This document shows positions 42,840-52,839 of a stretch of DNA of 55,831 nucleotides, one piece after another. Position 1 is the stretch's first letter. Each line of letters starts with the position of its first letter. This stretch comes from an uncultured Clostridium sp. (GTDB lineage: Bacteria > Bacillota > Clostridia > TANB77 > CAG-508). The position numbers and the translations under genes are program-made. The notes below the pieces were generated by a model. It ran no database searches. It saw only the letters and a list, made by a program, of their open reading frames with translations, and had not been told where the DNA came from. The stretch is from assembly GCA_948434985.1 (NCBI GenBank), contig CAOJFV010000005.1, positions 1-55,831 of the forward strand, in the 5' to 3' direction.

Positions 42840-44165
42840 TTATTCTTTATCTTCTTTGTTATTTGGCTCATCAATATTGTGGTTTTTACAAGCTTTTACT
42901 TTTACAATTCTCTTATCTTCATATTCTTCTATTTTATATGTGATTTTTTCAGTTTCTATAATTGGTTTTTCTCTGTCTTCTGGTATTCTTCCTAATTTTT
43001 CTTGTAAGTATCCAGATAGAGTATCATACTCTCCTTCTTCTATTTCTACTTTTAGAAGTTTACTAACATCACTTATATTCATACTTCCACTAATTAAATA
43101 CGTATTTTCATCTATTTTTTCATATTCATTTTCTATTTCGTCATATTCATCATATATGTCTCCAACTAATTCTTCTAAAATATCTTCCATTGTAATAAGT
43201 CCTGCTGTTCCTCCATATTCATCTAAGACAATTGCCATTTGATTATTGTTTTTTTGTAGCTCTTTAAATAATTCATCTATTGGCTTCGAACGTGGTACAA
43301 AGTATGCAGGTTTAATTATATTTTTTAGTTTCATATTTTTTTTCGTTTTTACAAATTTTAGTAAATCTTTTAAATATAATATACCCTTAATTTCATCTAT
43401 TGTTTCTTCATATACAGGAATTCTTGAGTATTTGTATTCTTCTAATTCTTCTATTAATTCATTTACATTCATATCTATATTTAACGCATATATATCTGTT
43501 CGATGTGTCATTATTTCTGATGCTATAGTATCATTAAATTCAAAAACATTATTTATAAGTTCTTTTTCATTTTCTTCAATAACTCCTTTTTCTTCTCCTT
43601 CATCTACCATCATTTTTATTTCTTCTTCTGTTACTACTTCTTCATCTTTTTCAGACACACCAAATAATTTTGAAATTAAATTTGTAGAAGCTGTTAAAAG
43701 CTTTACAAATGGTACTGTTAATATATATATAAATCTTATAACTCCTATTGTAGCAAATGCAATTTTTTCATAACTTTTCATTGCAAGTCTTTTAGGTACA
43801 AGTTCTCCAAATACTAATGTAAAGAATGATAATATCATAGTAATAATTATAATTGATACACTTTGCCAAACAGAAATTGAAACCTGAGGTATTAAATTAT
43901 TTAAAACTGGTGCTAGTTTACTTGCAAATGCATCTGAAGCAAAAGCACTAGATAAAAAACCAGCAAGTGTAATACCAATTTGAATTGTTGCTAAAAATTT
44001 ACTTGGATTTTCAAGCATTTTTAGAATTTGTGTTGCCTTTTTGTCTCCATTTTTGGCTTGTTTTGCTACTTTTGCATCATTTAAAGAAATAAAAGCAATT
44101 TCACTTGCTGCAAAAAAGGCATTTAAAAGTATCAATATAATTAGTATAAAAATCTGTGATATCAT
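42840..44165 (-). CDS. HlyC/CorC (CNNM-CBS) family protein
   Basis: FFAASE, TIQIGIT, GELVPK, SRIPVY, DEYGGTAG, EDILEELVG. Confidence 0.93.
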   Translation of the reverse strand: MISQIFILIILILLNAFFAASEIAFISLNDAKVAKQAKNGDKKATQILKMLENPSKFLATIQIGITLAGFLSSAFASDAFASKLAPVLNNLIPQVSISVWQSVSIIIITMILSFFTLVFGELVPKRLAMKSYEKIAFATIGVIRFIYILTVPFVKLLTASTNLISKLFGVSEKDEEVVTEEEIKMMVDEGEEKGVIEENEKELINNVFEFNDTIASEIMTHRTDIYALNIDMNVNELIEELEEYKYSRIPVYEETIDEIKGILYLKDLLKFVKTKKNMKLKNIIKPAYFVPRSKPIDELFKELQKNNNQMAIVLDEYGGTAGLITMEDILEELVGDIYDEYDEIENEYEKIDENTYLISGSMNISDVSKLLKVEIEEGEYDTLSGYLQEKLGRIPEDREKPIIETEKITYKIEEYEDKRIVKVKACKNHNIDEPNNKEDKE

Positions 44166-44261
44166 TTTAATTTGAATTTTCCTTTCATTATAAGTTTTAC
44201 AAGAAATATTATATAGTTAAAAACTTTTCTTTGTCAATTGATTACAATACAAAATTAACAA

Positions 44262-45779
44262 TTATTTACTTGCTACTGGTAAAATTGGAACTCTAGCACT
44301 GTTACTCATAACCATATCTATATAATTTACATAGTCTTTTCTTGTCATACGTGATATAACATTTTCTCCTTCAATCATCTTATCTAGAGTAAACAATTCC
44401 TCTATATAATTATTATAAGTATTTTCTTTTGTTAAATTTGTTACATTTTTTCTATTAATAGTATTTATAAAATTGTTTACATTATGCAAATTTGTCTCAT
44501 TTGTTTCATTTATTATTTCTTTATTAATATTGCTTATCTTTATATTTGATACTTCTGTTATATTATTTTCAGTTATATTTTTATTTTCTTCTATCACGTT
44601 TATTTCTTTATTTAAAATCGTAATTTCTTCTATAATAGGTTTTGTGCTCTCTACTTTTATAGTAATGTTTTCTTCATTACCAACATCCATTTCTATTAAT
44701 GCTTTATTTAAATTATATCCATCAATTGTACTTGTTTGTTGTAAGTAGTATTTTCCTTTTGCAATTTTTGTATTAATTTTTCCTTCTTCATCTGTTACTA
44801 AATCTCTTTTTAATATTGTTCCATCTTCTTTAATTATAGAAAATATATTTCCTTTTATAGGTAGTTTTGTTTCTTTATCTTGATTCAATATTTCTAAATT
44901 AACTTCTGTTATAACTCTTTCCTCAAAAGTAGCAGATAAAACAAAACCTTCTTTTTCAGCCAATAGATATTGATCTTCTAAAGCATTTGTTTTTCTATAT
45001 GTATATAAATATGCTCCACTCATTTCATAGTTAAATTGAAGTGTTATTTCTTGATCTATATCTTTGGGTACTATTAAATAAAATATATCTCCATCATTAA
45101 AAATATTTTTTGTTTGATTTGTCAATTTATCTACTACCCTAATATCTTTTCCTTTTCCTATTGTAATGTCTCCAGGAATTGTATTTGCTGATTCAATATG
45201 ATATTCTTTATATTTATAATTATTATTTTCTTCGTAAGTTTTCCATTTTGTATCATTTGTAGTAATATTTATTGTACTAGGTTTTTCTTTAGAAGCATTT
45301 TTTAGTATTTCTTTAGTAGTGTTTAAAATTCTATTTGCTCTTTGTTCTTCTCCTTCTACAATTTCATAATCATCTATATTCCTTCCTTCTTTTTGTATAT
45401 ATATTGCTTCTTGTGTTGCAAGATATGCTTCTTCTAAATTATTTGTTCCTAATTCCTCCCAAGTTTTACAACCATATCCATTTTTTAAAATATTTTTTAT
45501 TGCTTCATCATTGTAAAATTCTATATTACTTGTTGTAAATGAAGTTAGTATGTTATTTTTCTTCATAACATATACTGGTACATTATTGTCTGTAACTCTT
45601 ATTACAGCTTTCCTTTCTTCATTGCCATATGAATATGGAATGTTGTTATATTCTGTTGCACTGATTCTAACTTCTTTCCCAACTAAGCTTGCACTGCTGA
45701 TACTTGAAATATTTATTATCGTAATAATAATTGCTATTATACTAATTATTTTATGCTTCATCTTATATTTTGTTTTCAT
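44262..45779 (-). CDS. Secreted protein with degenerate thioester-like domain and SpaA/prealbumin-like domain
   Basis: Signal peptide; ILKNGY...AYLATQEAIY; TDEEG...GKYYLQQTSTIDGY; terminal LPVASK. Confidence 0.65.
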   Translation of the reverse strand: MKTKYKMKHKIISIIAIIITIINISSISSASLVGKEVRISATEYNNIPYSYGNEERKAVIRVTDNNVPVYVMKKNNILTSFTTSNIEFYNDEAIKNILKNGYGCKTWEELGTNNLEEAYLATQEAIYIQKEGRNIDDYEIVEGEEQRANRILNTTKEILKNASKEKPSTINITTNDTKWKTYEENNNYKYKEYHIESANTIPGDITIGKGKDIRVVDKLTNQTKNIFNDGDIFYLIVPKDIDQEITLQFNYEMSGAYLYTYRKTNALEDQYLLAEKEGFVLSATFEERVITEVNLEILNQDKETKLPIKGNIFSIIKEDGTILKRDLVTDEEGKINTKIAKGKYYLQQTSTIDGYNLNKALIEMDVGNEENITIKVESTKPIIEEITILNKEINVIEENKNITENNITEVSNIKISNINKEIINETNETNLHNVNNFINTINRKNVTNLTKENTYNNYIEELFTLDKMIEGENVISRMTRKDYVNYIDMVMSNSARVPILPVASK

Positions 45780-45832
45780 CTTTTACACCATTTTATAGTA
45801 AAAATACTATATCCTTTCTTTGTTTATTTTTG

Positions 45833-46390
45833 TTAGATTTTAATTTCGACAGCTTGTACACATCGTCTCATTTCTGGTTCTTCTAATATTCCAGTTATTA
45901 AAGTAAGTCTATTATCTTCTGTAGAACTTAAATAAGACCAATCTGTTTCTTTTATTATTAAATTACTGGTGACTCTATATTCTTTTTTTAAATTACCTTT
46001 AATATAAATAATTACATCTCCTTCTACTAACTCTGCTAATTTTTCGAAATAGTTTTCTTTGTATCCTGCGCTTGCTGCAATTAGTCCTATATTTCCATTA
46101 TCTCTAGGTGTTTCTCCAAAATGTCCAACATAATTATTTATAACTTCTCCTGAAGTACCCTCTTTAATTTCTGCTGAAATATTTATTTTAGGTATAACCA
46201 ACCTCCATTCTTCCTTTATTTCTTCATAAATCTCTTCTTTATACTTATCTTTAGTTACACTTGAAGTTGCTTGAACACAATTATTTTTCAAGCTAAAAAC
46301 CATAAGTGTTAAGAAGTTTGTTTGTATAAATATAATAACAGCAATAATAAGTGTCACTATACTAATACATCTTTTGGCACAACAATTCAT
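45833..46390 (-). CDS. Sortase-fold protein, apparently inactive
   Basis: LVIPKIN, VGHF, GNIGLIAAS, RLTLITG; catalytic His and Cys positions substituted. Confidence 0.8.
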   Translation of the reverse strand: MNCCAKRCISIVTLIIAVIIFIQTNFLTLMVFSLKNNCVQATSSVTKDKYKEEIYEEIKEEWRLVIPKINISAEIKEGTSGEVINNYVGHFGETPRDNGNIGLIAASAGYKENYFEKLAELVEGDVIIYIKGNLKKEYRVTSNLIIKETDWSYLSSTEDNRLTLITGILEEPEMRRCVQAVEIKI

Positions 46391-46811
46391 GCATTATTTC
46401 ACACTCCTACTTATTTAATTTTTAATTTTTGGATTTTAATTTAGATCTAAATTTTTTAGAACACTTCAAAGTAAAGTTTGAAGTTTTTCTAGAAATTAAT
46501 ATGATAATATTATAATATTCTTTTTTTATTTTGTAAAGAATTTTTTATCGACAAGAAGTGCCAAAATTCGACTTTCAGCACTTCTAAATATTATTCTATA
46601 TTTGGTTATTTCACCTATGTTTTACCTATTTTTAGCATTCCTCCTAAGTTTATTTATATTTAATTTTACTCTTCAATTTTAACCTTATCCTTATTTATAG
46701 TTTTCCTCCTTTGCACTTCTATATTTTACCTATAGTTTGTGTTCTAATTGTGAATTAATTGTAATGTTTTAAATTATTATTAGATGTTTACATAATTTTA
46801 CGAATTATGTA

Positions 46812-46840
46812 TTGCATTATTTGAACTTATATGTTATACT
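46812..46840 (+). promoter_or_regulatory. Sigma-A-type promoter
   Basis: TTGCAT-17 nt-TATACT with extended TG. Confidence 0.6.
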
Positions 46841-46896
46841 TAATACATACTAGCAATAACGCTGGTAAAAAATTTCTTTTTAAGGAGGACTAAATT

Positions 46897-47010
46897 ATGC
46901 GGATTAAAATTCCCAAACAACCCAACCTTACACCTAATTTTTTGATGAAGATCGGTAATGAGCAGAGCAGCAGCGGCAGCGTGGCCGGTGGCGTTGTGCC
47001 CAGGAGGTAA
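46897..47010 (+). CDS. Candidate small ORF (37 aa) with CGG as codon 2
   Basis: AAGGAGG RBS; MRIKIPKQPNLTPNFLMKIGNEQSSSGSVAGGVVPRR; promoter upstream, terminator downstream. Confidence 0.4.
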   Translation: MRIKIPKQPNLTPNFLMKIGNEQSSSGSVAGGVVPRR

Positions 47011-47087
47011 CCTGTATGAGCGGATTTTTTTCTGGATACTTTTAGTAATACCAACTTAATATTGTAACCGGCAAAGCCGGTGGGGCG

Positions 47088-47125
47088 AGGGGAGCATATA
47101 TTGCTCCCCTGGTGTTTTTATTTTT
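47088..47125 (+). terminator. Intrinsic terminator
   Basis: AGGGGAGCA-TATAT-TGCTCCCCT followed by a T-rich tract. Confidence 0.7.
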
Positions 47126-47189
47126 ATACAAAAAATTTAAGTAGAAATCGCTAAAAATCTCTACTTAAAACTATTTTTATATATTCTAT

Positions 47190-48308
47190 TTATTTAACTC
47201 CCTTTTTATTTCTTAAAAATGATGGTATATCTAAATCACTTGGATTTGATGAACTATCTGATGATGTTGGAATTGAATTTATTTTTTTATCCCAAGCTTT
47301 TGTTACTTTTTCTGCTACCCCAATTGTTGAAATTGAAAAATCTTGTTCAAATCCCGTTGCAATAACTGTTATTGAAATTTCGTCTCCCATATTTTCATCT
47401 ATAACTGCACCAAAGATTATGTTTGCTTCTGGGTCTACACTGCGTTGTACTAATTCTGCTGCTGTATTTACTTCGTGTAATCCAAGTTCTGAACCACCAG
47501 TAATGTTAATAATAACTCCTCTTGCCCCTTCTATTGAAGTTTCTAGTAATGGACTTTGAATAGCTTGTTTTGCAGCATCTTCTGCTCTGTTTTCTCCTGA
47601 TGCTCTACCTATACCCATATGTGCCATACCAGTATTTAGCATAATTGTTTTAACATCTGCAAAGTCTAAGTTTACAAGACCTGGTACTGCAATTAAGTCT
47701 GATATACCTTGTACACCTTGTCTTAAAACATCATCTGCCATTTTAAAAGCATCTACAATAGAAGTTTTTCTATCTATTATTTGTAATAATTTATCATTTG
47801 GTATTACAACTAATGTATCTACTTTACCTTTTAAGCTTTCTATTCCGCGTTCTGCTTGTGAAAGTCTTTTTTTACCTTCAAATGTAAATGGTTTTGTAAC
47901 AACACCTATTGTTAAAATTCCCATTTCTTTTGCAGCAGCTGCAACTATTGGTGCGGCACCTGTTCCTGTTCCACCACCCATACCAGCTGTTACGAAAACC
48001 ATATCTGCTCCACGTAACACTTCTGCTATTTCTGATTTATTTTCTTCTGCTGATTGTGCTCCTATATCAGGATTTGCTCCTGCTCCTAATCCTCTTGTTA
48101 TTTTTTCTCCTATTTGTATTTTAGTTCCTGCTTTTGATTCTTGAAGAGCTTGTCTATCAGTATTTACAGAGATAAATTCTACTCCTCTAATTCCTGATTC
48201 AACCATTCTGTTTACAGCATTGTTTCCTGCCCCTCCTACACCAATTACTTTTATTGTAGCTGTTCCGTCCATCATTCTATCATTGTTTTCTTCGTAATCT
48301 ACCATCAT
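47190..48308 (-). CDS. ftsZ: Cell division protein FtsZ
   Basis: [25 protein letters not shown]-terminal LDIPSFLR. Confidence 0.98.
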   Translation of the reverse strand: MMVDYEENNDRMMDGTATIKVIGVGGAGNNAVNRMVESGIRGVEFISVNTDRQALQESKAGTKIQIGEKITRGLGAGANPDIGAQSAEENKSEIAEVLRGADMVFVTAGMGGGTGTGAAPIVAAAAKEMGILTIGVVTKPFTFEGKKRLSQAERGIESLKGKVDTLVVIPNDKLLQIIDRKTSIVDAFKMADDVLRQGVQGISDLIAVPGLVNLDFADVKTIMLNTGMAHMGIGRASGENRAEDAAKQAIQSPLLETSIEGARGVIINITGGSELGLHEVNTAAELVQRSVDPEANIIFGAVIDENMGDEISITVIATGFEQDFSISTIGVAEKVTKAWDKKINSIPTSSDSSSNPSDLDIPSFLRNKKGVK

Positions 48309-48359
48309 TTTTCTTCCTCCCAATTTTTATTTATTTTTTATTAAAAACTTATTCGTTTT

Positions 48360-49589
48360 CTATGAATAGAAAAATTCTTTTATTCTTTCCATTACTGTAG
48401 CAAAGATATTTGTATCTAATTTTGTATCTATATTACTTGATACTGTTTTTGCAAAAGGTCTAGCCGCAATGTATCTTACTAATGAATAAGATGTGCGATA
48501 AGTTGGTTTTACTGTGCTTATTAATCTTCCTGTTGCTATCTTTACTGGTATGTTTAATATTATTTTTCCTGCAACATCACTTTTATTTATATTTGTTATT
48601 CCTTGTCCTGTTAATACTACATTATTAATTCTAGGTTTAATCCCTTGATTTGTTATATCTTTGTTTACCAATAAGAATATTTCTTCAATTCTTGCTTCAA
48701 TAATTTCAATTAATTCTGAACTTTTTATAATTTTATTTTTTGAATCTCCTTTGTAAGTATTCAAAATTATATCATTATCATTATCAATAAAAGATTTTAA
48801 AGCAAGTCCATATTGTCTTTTTAATTTATCTGCTTCTTCTAGAGATATATTAAGTACTAACGCTATATCGTTTGTAATAATATCTCCACCTAGTGGTATT
48901 GTATTTGTATAAATAAATGATTCTCCTTCAAATACTCCTATATCTGTATTTCCCGCTCCTATATCTAATAACATAACATTATCATGTAATTCATTTACAT
49001 CTAATATTAAGTTTCTTTCTGCAAGTGTATTTGGTACCATTCCATCTATTTCTAGTCCTGCCTTTTTAAATATACTTGAAATCTGTCTTGTGTAATCCTT
49101 ATCAGCAAGTATTATTTGTGCATTTAGTGTAAATTCTTGGCTTATATTTCCTACTGGATCTTTAGTTGCTTTTCCATCACTTAATATAAAATCATTTGGT
49201 ACGATATCTATAATTGTTTTTCCATCTGGTACTTCAATATCTCTTACTTGCATTATAGCTTGTCCTACATCTCTTACAGAAATCCCAGCATATTTATCTT
49301 TTAACTCTTTTGTAACACTATTTTGCACTATTGTGGCATATTTACCTGGTATTGTTATATATGCAGAATTTATCTTTAAATTTGATTCATCCTCAGCATT
49401 CTTAATTGTTTTAGCCAACGCTTCCGCAATTTTATCTTCGTTAATTATCTTTCCTTTTTTGATACCTTCGCATTTACTGCTAGTTGAACATATAATTTCA
49501 ATTTGATTAAAATTATTAACTTCCCCTACAACAGCTGATACTTTAGAAGTTCCGATATCAATTCCAACAATTATATCACCTATTGCCAA
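48360..49589 (-). CDS. ftsA: Cell division protein FtsA
   Basis: GIDIGTSK, DIGAGNT, EIIEARIEE; C-terminal amphipathic helix; upstream of ftsZ. Confidence 0.95.
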   Translation of the reverse strand: MAIGDIIVGIDIGTSKVSAVVGEVNNFNQIEIICSTSSKCEGIKKGKIINEDKIAEALAKTIKNAEDESNLKINSAYITIPGKYATIVQNSVTKELKDKYAGISVRDVGQAIMQVRDIEVPDGKTIIDIVPNDFILSDGKATKDPVGNISQEFTLNAQIILADKDYTRQISSIFKKAGLEIDGMVPNTLAERNLILDVNELHDNVMLLDIGAGNTDIGVFEGESFIYTNTIPLGGDIITNDIALVLNISLEEADKLKRQYGLALKSFIDNDNDIILNTYKGDSKNKIIKSSELIEIIEARIEEIFLLVNKDITNQGIKPRINNVVLTGQGITNINKSDVAGKIILNIPVKIATGRLISTVKPTYRTSYSLVRYIAARPFAKTVSSNIDTKLDTNIFATVMERIKEFFYS

Positions 49590-49873
49590 AGCTTATTCCT
49601 CCATTTTTTATATTGTATTTTTCTTACGTAAGAATATTATATTTTAATAAAAAAGTCAATAGTTTTTGTAATATTTTTGTAATATTTTCGCCTCTGTTTT
49701 GTAATAATATTTTATATTGCTTGATACAGTAGGGATTTGTCGTTTTTTACCAATTTACCCCATTTTTTTATGAAGTATTGCTAATCTAAAAAGTTATATA
49801 TTCTTTAGCAACAACCTCTCTTCTTAAATTAAATAAGAGACTGACTAAAACTGTCTGCCTCCTATATTTTTAA

Positions 49874-50248
49874 TTATTTATTATCATCACTAATATTTTT
49901 TTCTTTTTTTCCTGTCCATTTATCTAAATAATACCTACGTATAATTGCTAAATTTGTAAACATTCTTCCAACAAATACTATAATTGCAGCAAGATAAATA
50001 TCTACATTTAGCTTCTCTCCTAAATATGTAAGTAATATTGATAAAATTGCATTTCCAAAAAATCCTGAAACAAATATTTTTAAATCAAAGTTACCTTTTA
50101 GTACAGATGTTATTCCACCAAATACGGAATCAAGTGCTGCTATAATTGAAATTGCTAAATATCCTGACATACTATACGGTATAATTGGTGCATTCATTCC
50201 TGCAAGTGCTCCTATAATACATCCTATTAATATTGCTATAAAAATCAT
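49874..50248 (-). CDS. sbp: Small basic protein Sbp (DUF1290)
   Basis: AALDSVFGG...SGFFGN...RMFTNLAIIRR. Confidence 0.9.
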   Translation of the reverse strand: MIFIAILIGCIIGALAGMNAPIIPYSMSGYLAISIIAALDSVFGGITSVLKGNFDLKIFVSGFFGNAILSILLTYLGEKLNVDIYLAAIIVFVGRMFTNLAIIRRYYLDKWTGKKEKNISDDNK

Positions 50249-50249
50249 T

Positions 50250-50981
50250 TTATTTTTCTCCTTCCATATCAATATATTTTATCTCTATCTTACGTGAATA
50301 TTTTGGAATTCTAATATTATTTTGTCTTTCTAAAGATACTGCATATTCAGAATACATATCCATAAATCCTACTGTTTTTGTAGTAAGTGCACTTTCTAGA
50401 TATTTTGGATCTCCAATTGCTTTTATAACATATGGTGATACTATTTTTTCTTTATTTATTAATATGTAGTGTGTTATATCATCAACATATATATCTACAA
50501 TATCACTCATATTAATAATTCTTTGATCATTAATGCTAATAGCTTCAGCACCTGCTGAATTTAATTCATTTATTAAATGTAGTAGAATATCTGATTTTAA
50601 TAATTCACTTTCCTCGTTTTCCTCGTTTTGTACTAAAGTTATAACTATTCCATCGCCTTTTACATCAGTTTCACCAGCTAAAGTCTTTGCTTGTAATAAT
50701 TCTTTATCTAATAGTTCTGATGCTTCTTGATTTGCTTCTTTTTTCTCTCTATATTCTGCAATCCTTTCATTTGTTTCTTGCAATTTTTCATATGTTGCTT
50801 CATATCTTTCTTTCCATAAAGCTATTTTCTCTCTTAATTCAGTTTCTGTCATTGTTTCTATTTCTGTTATATTGGTTTCCTCTATTGTTTTAAATTGAAT
50901 AAAAATTACATATGTTAGAATAAAACATATAATTCCAATCGTTACAATCATAATATTTTTACCTTTTTTCAATCCTATCAC
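50250..50981 (-). CDS. DUF881 protein
   Basis: AGETDVKGDG, NELNSAGAEAISINDQR, PYVIKAIGD. Confidence 0.9.
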   Translation of the reverse strand: MIGLKKGKNIMIVTIGIICFILTYVIFIQFKTIEETNITEIETMTETELREKIALWKERYEATYEKLQETNERIAEYREKKEANQEASELLDKELLQAKTLAGETDVKGDGIVITLVQNEENEESELLKSDILLHLINELNSAGAEAISINDQRIINMSDIVDIYVDDITHYILINKEKIVSPYVIKAIGDPKYLESALTTKTVGFMDMYSEYAVSLERQNNIRIPKYSRKIEIKYIDMEGEK

Positions 50982-51684
50982 CTACTCTGCATTTTTTAAG
51001 TATTTATTAGTTAATACCCCATTATATTTTTTTATTGTAATATTATCGCTTTCTTTTACATCTATTGAAATCTGTTCCCCATATTGTTTAATAAATGAAC
51101 CTGGTCTTAGTAAATTATCACATAAATATTTGTTCCCTATTGCTTCAATAACAAATGGAGCTCCTATTGGTTCTCCATTTATTTGTACAATTGCACCCGC
51201 ACAACTTATTACAGTTGATGGCACAATTCTTTGCCCATTAATACTTATCGCATCTGCACCTATATTCTTTATTTCGTTTACAATTGCGCGTAAGTCGCCA
51301 TCATGTACTAAATCTAGTGCTGTTACAAACTTAGAATTCGTATTATCTTGAACAGTAATAATCACTCCTGAACCAGTTACATCAGTTAGTCCTAAATATG
51401 TATTTAATTCTTTTAATCTTTTTTGTTTTTCTATTGAGTTAGAGTCTTCACTCGTACTTGTTTTTCTCTCAGTCTCTAAATTTTTTTCTGCAACCTCTAA
51501 TTCACTATATACTCTATCATACTTTTCCTTCCATCTTAGCACTTGATCTCTTAATCCATTTTCTGTATCATTTTTTCCGTGCAGTATTTGTCGCATCTTC
51601 TATTGTATTTAATTGTACCATAATACAAAACGTTAAAATAAGACACATAATTCCTAATGTAATTGCAATTTGTTTTTTCTTCAC
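50982..51684 (-). CDS. DUF881 protein; N-terminal TM joined by CGGA at 51576-51579 read as Gly
   Basis: GGAGG RBS, GTG 51684, MKKKQIAITLGIMCLILTFCIMVQL...TA-[CGGA]-KNDTEN; VHDGDL, GADAISINGQR. Confidence 0.88.
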
Positions 51685-51716
51685 TTAAAGTTCCTCCATT
51701 TCTTTATATAAAATAA

Positions 51717-52835
51717 TTATTCTTTCTTTCTAAAATAAACATTACCTTTATTTAAATCACCATTTATAAAAATTTCTCCTTCTATTCCTCTTTCTTCTGC
51801 TAATATTGCTTTTAGATATAACATTCTAGTACTTAAGTTTGAAGCATCTCCTATATAAACTTTTTTCTTTTCTCCTTCTAGAATAATAGTATAATTTTGT
51901 TTATCACTAATGTTTATCTTTGTAATAAAATTACTTATTTCATTCATACTGGCAGATTCCATTATTTTTAATACAGTTCCTAATTTTTCTAGATCTTCGT
52001 CATTTAATCTATTTCCTACTATAATATTCTCTCCGCTTGTTGTATATCCCTCTATTATAGGTACATCTAATTTATCTTCTAATATATCTAAAATATATCC
52101 TTGATTATTTATATATACAAAACTATTTGCATATTCTAAGTTATATGTAGTTTTTCTTTCTTTAACAGTTATCAATATTTTATTTGGCAATTTTCTTTTT
52201 ATATCAACACTTTCTATATAAGCATTTTGTTTTATGTTTTTCTTTATTGTATTAATACTTGTCTTATAGATGTTTTCGCCTATTGTAAGATTAGATAAAC
52301 TAATAATTGTATCTGTACTTATTTTTTCATTGTTTTGCACTTGTATTTCTGCTAAATTAAATAGTGGTGACATCATAAAATATATAAAGGAAGCAACTAA
52401 TGCTAAAAATAGGATTGTCCATTTTATTACCCCTTTGATAATTCTATTTTTTTTATTGTTTAAATTTTGTTTAGTATCTATTTTTTCTTCTGCATTTGTT
52501 TTATATGTTTTCTTTATATTTTCACTGTTCTTTCTTTTTGAATTCTTTGTATCAGATTTTGCTTTGTTTTTATTTTTAGAATTTACCTTTTTGTTGGTAG
52601 TTTTTTCAGTATTTTTACTATTTTTATTTTTTATATCTGGTATTTTAGTTACTCCAATTACGATTTCATTATCAAAATTAAATGTATTGTTCTCTTGGGC
52701 AGACTTTGTGCCTGCCCTTACATTTTTCTTTTTTGATTTAATACTATTTTTTTGTTTTGTATTTTTGTTTTTTTTAGTGCTTTTTTGTTCATCCATATAA
52801 ATAAAATTTAACTCTGTATTTTTTTTCTTACTCAC
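51717..52835 (-). CDS. divIB: Cell division protein DivIB/FtsQ
   Basis: Lys/Asn-rich N-terminus, TM, POTRA (SPLFNL...RKLPNKILITVKER); dcw context. Confidence 0.88.
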   Translation of the reverse strand: MSKKKNTELNFIYMDEQKSTKKNKNTKQKNSIKSKKKNVRAGTKSAQENNTFNFDNEIVIGVTKIPDIKNKNSKNTEKTTNKKVNSKNKNKAKSDTKNSKRKNSENIKKTYKTNAEEKIDTKQNLNNKKNRIIKGVIKWTILFLALVASFIYFMMSPLFNLAEIQVQNNEKISTDTIISLSNLTIGENIYKTSINTIKKNIKQNAYIESVDIKRKLPNKILITVKERKTTYNLEYANSFVYINNQGYILDILEDKLDVPIIEGYTTSGENIIVGNRLNDEDLEKLGTVLKIMESASMNEISNFITKINISDKQNYTIILEGEKKKVYIGDASNLSTRMLYLKAILAEERGIEGEIFINGDLNKGNVYFRKKE

Positions 52836-52839
52836 ACTA

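Noticed and set aside
46400-46800. Two AGGAGG motifs on the minus strand and a weak hairpin near 46554-46585
   Set aside because: No ORF longer than a few codons follows; at most a decayed remnant.
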